From assembly GCA_022711115.1 (NCBI GenBank), contig JAKLFP010000001.1, forward strand, positions 453,183 through 517,182: a stretch of 64,000 bases of DNA, in the 5' to 3' direction. The notes under the pieces are model-generated. The model was not told where the DNA came from, made no database searches, and saw nothing but the letters and a program-made list of their open reading frames with translations. The translations under genes were made by a program, and so were the position numbers. Every line of letters starts with the position of its first letter. The stretch's first letter is position 1. Positions 58,271 to 64,000 of the stretch are shown piece after piece. The stretch comes from Candidatus Omnitrophota bacterium. GTDB taxonomy: Bacteria; Omnitrophota; Omnitrophia; Omnitrophales; Aquincolibacteriaceae.

Positions 58271-58428
58271 GGTTTATCTTAGTGAAAAGGAAATCATCTG
58301 TCAAAAAGAACTTGCTGTTGTATAATACAAAGCCAGTTTTGGAATGGTGACTTGGGGCGTTGAAAATCTCATTTTTTTTGGGTTATTTTTCAATTCCTGA
58401 TTTTTAAAGATCCGGAGGATTCTTTATT

Positions 58429-60273
58429 ATGTGCGGCATTATCGGTTATATTGGTTATCGTGATGCTATCCCTGTGCTTGTCAATGGGTTGGAGAAACTA
58501 GAGTACCGCGGCTACGACTCTGCGGGCATTGCTTGCCTGCCGCATCAAAAGGAACGTTTTTTTGTCATTAAAGAGAAGGGGAAGCTGAGCGCTTTAAAGG
58601 AAAAGCTCGGTGATTTCAGTGTCGAAGCCCACCTTGGGATCGGACATACCCGTTGGGCGACCCATGGAGAACCTTCCCGCGTTAATGCTCATCCCCACAT
58701 TGACGCTGCGGGAAAAATCGCATTAGTTCATAACGGCATTATTGAAAATTATGCCACGCTCAAAAATATTCTCCAAAAAAAAGGCATGCGCTTCCTTTCT
58801 CAAACAGACACCGAGGTTGGGGCTAATCTGATCGGGTTGCATTACCACAAAACCCCCAAACTTTTTGATGCTGTGCAGCGAGCGGTCAGCGAATTGCATG
58901 GTTTTTTTTCATTGGTTCTTTTTACAAAGGAAGATCCGGAAACTCTGATTGCCTATAAAAGATCAAACCCCCTTGTGATCGGGCTTGGGCAACGGGAGAA
59001 TTTTATAGCGAGTGATGTGACGGCGTTGCTCCCTTATACGCGAGAAGTGATTTACCTTGAAGATGAAGATCTCGCTGTCATCACCGCCAAAGAGGTTTCC
59101 ATTTATTCTCTTAAGACAAGATCCTGGGTCAAAAGACGGTCAAGCACGGTCAATTGGGATGTAGCCCAGGCGCAGAAGCAAGGCTTTCCGCACTTCATGC
59201 TGAAAGAAATGTATGAACAACCGGATGTCTTGAAGACGATTCTCAACAAGCGGATTCAAAAAAATGGCGAGATTTTTTTCGACACCCTTTCCAAAAAATT
59301 TCAAACACAACTCAAAAACATCGAACGCGTTTCTATGATTAGTTGCGGTACGGCTTATCACGCGGGACTTGTCGGCAGTATCGCTATAGAAAAATATGCA
59401 AAAATCTCTTGTCGAACCCAGGTCTCAAGCGAATTTCGCTACGGGGATTCGCTTTTAAATAAAAAAGATCTTGTGGTGCTGATCACCCAGTCCGGCGAGA
59501 CGGCAGATACGCTGGCTGCTTTGCGGGAAGCGAAGGCAAAAGGCGCCGCAACGCTCGCGATTGTCAATGTTGTCGGAAGCACGATCGCGCGGGAGGCCGA
59601 CGCTGTGATCTACACGCATGCGGGGCCGGAGATCGGGGTTGCTTCAACAAAGGCTTATACAGCCCAACTGGCGACACTTCTCTTACTGGCTTTTTATATG
59701 GCAAAAATTCGCAGGACCATCGCAGATGCCGATTTTAAAAAACTAATAAAAGAAATCAAAAAAATTCCGCAGCATTGCGCCAAAATCTTGAAAGAAATAA
59801 AAAAATTTGAAACCTGCGCTCAAAAACATTATACGCGGCGTAATTTTCTTTATCTGGGGCGCGGGTGCAATTACCCGACAGCCCTCGAAGGGGCTTTAAA
59901 ATTAAAAGAGATTTCTTATGCCCATGCGCATGGATACGCAGCAGGGGAAATGAAGCACGGGCCGATCGCGCTTATCGATCATGAACAGCCGGTGATCTGC
60001 ATCGCGTCAAATTCGTTTACAATCGACAAAATGATTTCCAATATTCAGGAGATCCGGGCACGCGACGGGATTGTCATTGCGATTGGGACGGAAGGGCATA
60101 GAGAACTCGAGAAAATGGCGGATGATTTCTTTTCTGTTCCGGCAGTTCCGGAAATATTGTCGCCGATACTTACGGTCATTCCTTTACAGTTTTTTGCTTA
60201 CAAGATAGCTGTACTTAATGGCAGGGATGTGGATCAGCCAAGAAACCTGGCAAAGTCCGTCACTGTCGAGTAG
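58429..60273 (+). CDS. glmS: Glutamine--fructose-6-phosphate aminotransferase
   Basis: N-terminal MCGIIGYIG (Ntn Cys) and two SIS domains. 614 aa. Confidence 0.95.
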   Translation: MCGIIGYIGYRDAIPVLVNGLEKLEYRGYDSAGIACLPHQKERFFVIKEKGKLSALKEKLGDFSVEAHLGIGHTRWATHGEPSRVNAHPHIDAAGKIALVHNGIIENYATLKNILQKKGMRFLSQTDTEVGANLIGLHYHKTPKLFDAVQRAVSELHGFFSLVLFTKEDPETLIAYKRSNPLVIGLGQRENFIASDVTALLPYTREVIYLEDEDLAVITAKEVSIYSLKTRSWVKRRSSTVNWDVAQAQKQGFPHFMLKEMYEQPDVLKTILNKRIQKNGEIFFDTLSKKFQTQLKNIERVSMISCGTAYHAGLVGSIAIEKYAKISCRTQVSSEFRYGDSLLNKKDLVVLITQSGETADTLAALREAKAKGAATLAIVNVVGSTIAREADAVIYTHAGPEIGVASTKAYTAQLATLLLLAFYMAKIRRTIADADFKKLIKEIKKIPQHCAKILKEIKKFETCAQKHYTRRNFLYLGRGCNYPTALEGALKLKEISYAHAHGYAAGEMKHGPIALIDHEQPVICIASNSFTIDKMISNIQEIRARDGIVIAIGTEGHRELEKMADDFFSVPAVPEILSPILTVIPLQFFAYKIAVLNGRDVDQPRNLAKSVTVE

Positions 60274-60341
60274 CGATTACGGTTTTTCGAGAGCCAAGTT
60301 TTAACTTCCATTTAAGAAGAGGACAACCGCGTTCGGATGAC

Positions 60342-61904
60342 TTGTCAGTGAAAACGGTAAAAGAAATTCTTTCAAACATCCTTTTCTGGCTTCAAGACAC
60401 GCAATTCAAGATTTATGATCTTCTTTTCCTTTTGGTTTATGGCGCCATTATTGGTTTTGCGATTTGGCACCATGAACCTTGGAGCGACGAAGCCCTTCCC
60501 TGGATGATTGCCCGAGATACAGACTGGGGCGGTTTTTTTAATATGATGTTCCATAACTATGACAGACATCCCGCTCTTTTACACACGATCTTGATTCCTT
60601 TTACAAAATTCGGATTACCTTATTTTTCTCAAACCATCTTAAATCTTTTGCTGTCACTGTGGGTTGCGTTTCTTTTCCTTACCCGGGCCCCTTTTAGCCG
60701 CGTCTTTAGGGTCCTTTTCTTATTCTCCTATTACATCATTTATGAATACTCCGTGATCACGCGGCCGTACATGCTGGCGGTTGCTCTTGTTTTTACTATA
60801 GCCTTGATTTATTCCAAACGAGAAAAGTATCCCGTAATCTATGCGGCTTTGATCACACTACTTTTTCACGCAGATTATATGGGGTTTGGTTTGGCATCAG
60901 GTCTGACACTCGCTTTTTTCCTTGAGTATAAATCTTTTTTCAAGAGTCATCCGCGTATGATGGCGGCTTTTTTAATGATGGCTTTGAATGGAGCGCTGGT
61001 TCTTTGGATTGGCCATGCGCTTCCGCCGGATCATGCCGAGTATGGGAGTAAGATGGCATTTTCAATTTCCTATCTAGGAAAATCTGCCGCCAACGCTTTT
61101 TTTCCGTTTGCAGAACACGGGCTGCACGATGTTTTGAGAGTTTGGATGGCAACCTTGGCGGCTTTTGCTGTGCTCATCCTGACGTTTGTGTCTTTGATCA
61201 ACAAGCCGATTCCTGCCCTGATCCTGGGAACATCGCTGGGCTTTCTGCTGACAGTCTTCACCTTTTTTTCATTTGGAGACTACCGTAATCATGGCTTCAT
61301 TTTGATCAGTGTCGTTTTTTCTCTTTGGATCGCGTGCAATTATCCGGAAGATTCCGTTGAACCTCTTTCGAGATGGCAAATATTTCAACGAAAGGCAGCA
61401 CGTAACGCGTTGATCATTACGAGTATCTGCATTCTGTTCGGTCTTCAAAACGTTTACTATGTGTATGTGCTGGAGCGTCATCTCCCTTTTTCGGGGGCGA
61501 AAGGTATGGCGAAAGTTATCCGACAACTTGAAAAAGAGCAGCGTATTTTTGAACAAGGTTTTGTGATCGTGGCGCCGCATAAAAATTCCGTCGGCATCAT
61601 GCCGTATCTGCCGGGAGTGAAGTTTTGGAGTCCCTGCACAGCCAGTTATGCGGCTTACTACAAAAGCAGCCGCGCTATGGGGGCATGTAATAATTTATCA
61701 GAATTGGATGCTGTCAAAATGACGAAGGCCTATTTCGGCGATCTAAGAAGAGTCCTTTTTCTTTTCCGGAATCCATTGCCGCCTTTTTTCCAAGACCCCG
61801 ACTATGAATTTCGGGCCATTTTTTATGTATCCAAAGCTTTTGGATATTGGTACGAAACTTTTTTTCTTTATCAGACACTTCCTAAGGCTGTCCGCAAAGA
61901 ATAG
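60342..61904 (+). CDS. Polytopic membrane protein, GT-C-like glycosyltransferase candidate
   Basis: 520 aa with more than 10 predicted TM helices. Conserved acidic loop HEPWSDEALPWMIARD after TM1. Paralog of 62575..64000. Confidence 0.35.
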   Translation: MSVKTVKEILSNILFWLQDTQFKIYDLLFLLVYGAIIGFAIWHHEPWSDEALPWMIARDTDWGGFFNMMFHNYDRHPALLHTILIPFTKFGLPYFSQTILNLLLSLWVAFLFLTRAPFSRVFRVLFLFSYYIIYEYSVITRPYMLAVALVFTIALIYSKREKYPVIYAALITLLFHADYMGFGLASGLTLAFFLEYKSFFKSHPRMMAAFLMMALNGALVLWIGHALPPDHAEYGSKMAFSISYLGKSAANAFFPFAEHGLHDVLRVWMATLAAFAVLILTFVSLINKPIPALILGTSLGFLLTVFTFFSFGDYRNHGFILISVVFSLWIACNYPEDSVEPLSRWQIFQRKAARNALIITSICILFGLQNVYYVYVLERHLPFSGAKGMAKVIRQLEKEQRIFEQGFVIVAPHKNSVGIMPYLPGVKFWSPCTASYAAYYKSSRAMGACNNLSELDAVKMTKAYFGDLRRVLFLFRNPLPPFFQDPDYEFRAIFYVSKAFGYWYETFFLYQTLPKAVRKE

Positions 61905-62017
61905 AAATTTCTTTTGAGGAATTTTGCATTTATGATAGTAATGGGGAAGGGATATAAAAGGTGCCAAGATCTTTTGCGTGTTTTTTAAAAGGCACCAAAC
62001 TTTAAAAGGAGGATGAT

Positions 62018-62545
62018 ATGAAATGTCCGCGAACGGGAGTCATCATGAAAGAAGTAGCCGTCGGCCACTTTAAAATCGATATCTGTGAAAGCTGCGCAGG
62101 GATCTGGTTTGATCATTTGGAATTCGAAAAGTTTGACGAGGCGCATGAAAAAACAGGGGATGAGGTTTTGAAGCTGTTGGAATCCATCCCCAAATTTCCA
62201 TTAGATTTAAACCGTCGCATCCATTGTCCGCGATGCATCGATGCGGTTCTGATGAGACGTTTTGAAAGCCCGCTCAAAAAAATCGCATTGGATGAATGCC
62301 CGTCGTGTGGGGGCTTGTGGCTTGATGCCGGAGAACTTGCGGAATACCGGAAACTTTTCCCGAAAGAAGAAGACCGGAAAAAAGCCAGCCAAGAATTTGT
62401 GAATAAAGAAATTATGCCGCTATTTAAAAAAGAAGCCCAAAAAGGAGAGGATGAGCTCAAACAAGCAAAACATATTGCCGGTATGTTTCGCTTGGTTTGT
62501 CCGAGCTTCTACATTCCCGGAAAACAGGAAGGGGCTGCCTTCTGA
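62018..62545 (+). CDS. zf-TFIIB-like zinc-ribbon protein (two tandem CxxC...CxxC repeats)
   Basis: CPRTG...IDICESCAGIWFDHLEFEK and CPRCID...LDECPSCGGLWLDAGELAEY match the bacterial TFIIB-type zinc-finger pattern. Confidence 0.6.
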   Translation: MKCPRTGVIMKEVAVGHFKIDICESCAGIWFDHLEFEKFDEAHEKTGDEVLKLLESIPKFPLDLNRRIHCPRCIDAVLMRRFESPLKKIALDECPSCGGLWLDAGELAEYRKLFPKEEDRKKASQEFVNKEIMPLFKKEAQKGEDELKQAKHIAGMFRLVCPSFYIPGKQEGAAF

Positions 62546-62574
62546 ACCAGAAAGATTTAGACCTCGAAAGCTGA

Positions 62575-64000
62575 ATGGAATATTCCTTTAAGAAAAATTC
62601 TTTGCTGGCCCATCTCGTGCAAAAGCTGCAAAAACTGACCGGAGCGGTCTTTTCTTGGCTTGCTGAAAAGCAATTCAGATTAAGCGATCTTTTTATCCTG
62701 GGCGTTTATCTTTCAGTAGTCGGATGGGGTTCTTGGAAACATGAACCATGGAGCGATGAAGCCTTTCCCTGGTTGATCGCACGGGACGCCGATTGGCGGA
62801 CTTTTCTGCAGATCCTTTTTACAAATCAGGATAAACATCCCGGTCTTTTTTATTTGATCCTTCGCCCTTTTGCCAGTGCCGGATTCCCCTATTTCACGCA
62901 ATCAATTATCAACCTCGTTTTCGCGGTGACAGCAGCCTTTATTTTTCTGAGTCGGGCACCGTTCAGTCGCATTTTCCGTTATCTTTTTTTGTTTTCTTTT
63001 TTCATGGTTTATGAATATGCCGTCATTGTACGGACCTACATGCTTTCTGTTATGTTAATTTTTCTAATGGCCGCATTTTACCCGAAGCGATTGGCGCACC
63101 CTATCCTTTATACGGTTCTGGTATTACTGCTACTGTATTCGGATTATATGTGTCTTGGGCTGGGCGTTGGTTTAACGATCGCCTTTGCGGTCGAGCATTG
63201 GGAACGTGTTCAAACAGAGTGGAAAATAAAATCAGCTTTTCTCATCATGGCGGCAAACGCCATATTTATTCTCTGGCTCGGACATTCTCTGCCGCGGGAT
63301 CATTTCCAGTATGGTGAGCCCCTGTTGCCTTTTCAAATGAAAAATCTTCTTATGCCTTTTGCCAACGCCTTTTCCCCTTTTTCAGAGTTAAATGCGAACT
63401 ATCCAAGACTTATCGTTACTTTAGCGATCTCTGCGGGCTCGCTCATTGTTTTTTTAACTTTTATGGCGCTTATCGGAAAATTGATACCGGTTATGATTTT
63501 TGGAATTTCAATGAGCGAGCTTTTATTGATTTTTTCTTTTATTAACGCAGGGGATTATCGGCATCATGGGTTTATCCTTTTTACCGTTATTTTTGTTCTT
63601 TGGATCGCATCCGCGTATCCCGAGAAGGTGCCCGCTTTTTTCCGCGAACCGGAAGAAACGTTTGGCGAAAAAAGCCGAAAGCTGAAGACCAGTGCCGTCA
63701 CTATGATCGGGCTGCTTCTTTTTTTGGGACTCCAGAATATTTTTTATGTCTATGTGCTGGAAAGTTACTGGCTTTTTTCCGGAGCAAAACCTATGGCGAA
63801 AGCTATTCAAACGGTCGACAAAGAGGAGAAAATTTTTAAACAAGGTTTTGTGATCGTTGCCAAGCACAAAAAATCCATAGGGTTATTGCCCTATTTGCCG
63901 GGCGTGAAGTTCTGGAATCCCTGCACTGGGGACTTTCCCAAATATTATAAAGTCAATCGAGAGCTGGCTTCTTGCGATACGTTGCCGCTAGATCAGGCCA
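62575..64000 (+). CDS. Polytopic membrane protein, paralog of 60342..61904 (3' end beyond window)
   Basis: Open frame from the ATG at 62575 to the window end. Collinear similarity with the upstream paralog (HEPWSDEAFPWLIARD, RAPFSRIFR, VYEYAVIVRTYML, YRHHGFILFTVIFVLWIA, KQGFVIVAKHKKSIG). Absent from the ORF track because no stop falls within the window. Confidence 0.6.
   Translation, partial: MEYSFKKNSLLAHLVQKLQKLTGAVFSWLAEKQFRLSDLFILGVYLSVVGWGSWKHEPWSDEAFPWLIARDADWRTFLQILFTNQDKHPGLFYLILRPFASAGFPYFTQSIINLVFAVTAAFIFLSRAPFSRIFRYLFLFSFFMVYEYAVIVRTYMLSVMLIFLMAAFYPKRLAHPILYTVLVLLLLYSDYMCLGLGVGLTIAFAVEHWERVQTEWKIKSAFLIMAANAIFILWLGHSLPRDHFQYGEPLLPFQMKNLLMPFANAFSPFSELNANYPRLIVTLAISAGSLIVFLTFMALIGKLIPVMIFGISMSELLLIFSFINAGDYRHHGFILFTVIFVLWIASAYPEKVPAFFREPEETFGEKSRKLKTSAVTMIGLLLFLGLQNIFYVYVLESYWLFSGAKPMAKAIQTVDKEEKIFKQGFVIVAKHKKSIGLLPYLPGVKFWNPCTGDFPKYYKVNRELASCDTLPLDQA

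Noticed and set aside
58271-58428. Looked for a glmS ribozyme in the glmS 5' leader.
   Set aside because: The leader is short (about 158 bp) and lacks the conserved glmS ribozyme core (for example the GCGCCAGAACU element).
1-64000. Looked for CRISPR arrays, rRNA/tRNA genes, transposases and integrases.
   Set aside because: No regularly spaced direct repeats, no rRNA-like or cloverleaf-capable segments, and no transposase or integrase-like ORFs were recognised. The only repeat structures are the comM 3' duplication, the parS pair and short operator-like palindromes.

Overview
This window is a chromosomal segment from a diderm (Gram-negative-type) bacterium of an unidentified, probably uncultivated lineage. 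It has moderate GC, Lys-rich proteins, frequent ATGA start/stop overlaps and some TTG starts. It opens with the origin-proximal block rnpA(partial)-yidD-yidC-mnmG-parA-parB, with two parS sites immediately upstream of parA. Next comes a glycan-utilisation locus: sugar-binding lipoprotein, GH94 phosphorylase, glucoamylase-like/GH144-like hydrolase and a ROK regulator. A long, tightly packed transcription unit follows, starting as a biotin operon (bioB, FabG-like, FabF-like, bioF, exported nitroreductase-fold protein, bioA, bioD). It runs with an 18-bp gap into an Rnf/Nqr-like membrane module (RnfC-like, RnfD-like, 49-aa stub, RnfE-like, RnfA-like) that appears to have lost its flavin/NADH motifs; I consider this the best candidate for an undescribed system. 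The remainder includes pilT, a housekeeping block (polA, coaE, rho, rpmE, prfA, prmC, murA, rpsP, trmD, rplS, rnhB, yraN) and an Omp85-like barrel with a large secreted protein. A minus-strand signalling cluster follows (HK, REC-GGDEF-EAL, REC, REC-GGDEF-EAL), then an orphan SPASM radical-SAM gene and an ORF6N-domain gene with tandem palindromic operator repeats. A Fur-family regulator and QueD/PTPS-like gene sit in a cassette bounded by an imperfect 115-bp duplication of the comM 3' end, which looks like an island remnant. After comM come a DUF212 protein, a LysM L,D-transpeptidase, accA, a TPR-MerR-like-fliA-flgM operon, a second GH144-like paralog, a HAMP protein, glmS, and two paralogous polytopic membrane proteins flanking a zf-TFIIB-like protein. 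No rRNA, tRNA or CRISPR array was identified. All calls rest on reading the sequence and recalled family motifs; no searches were run.
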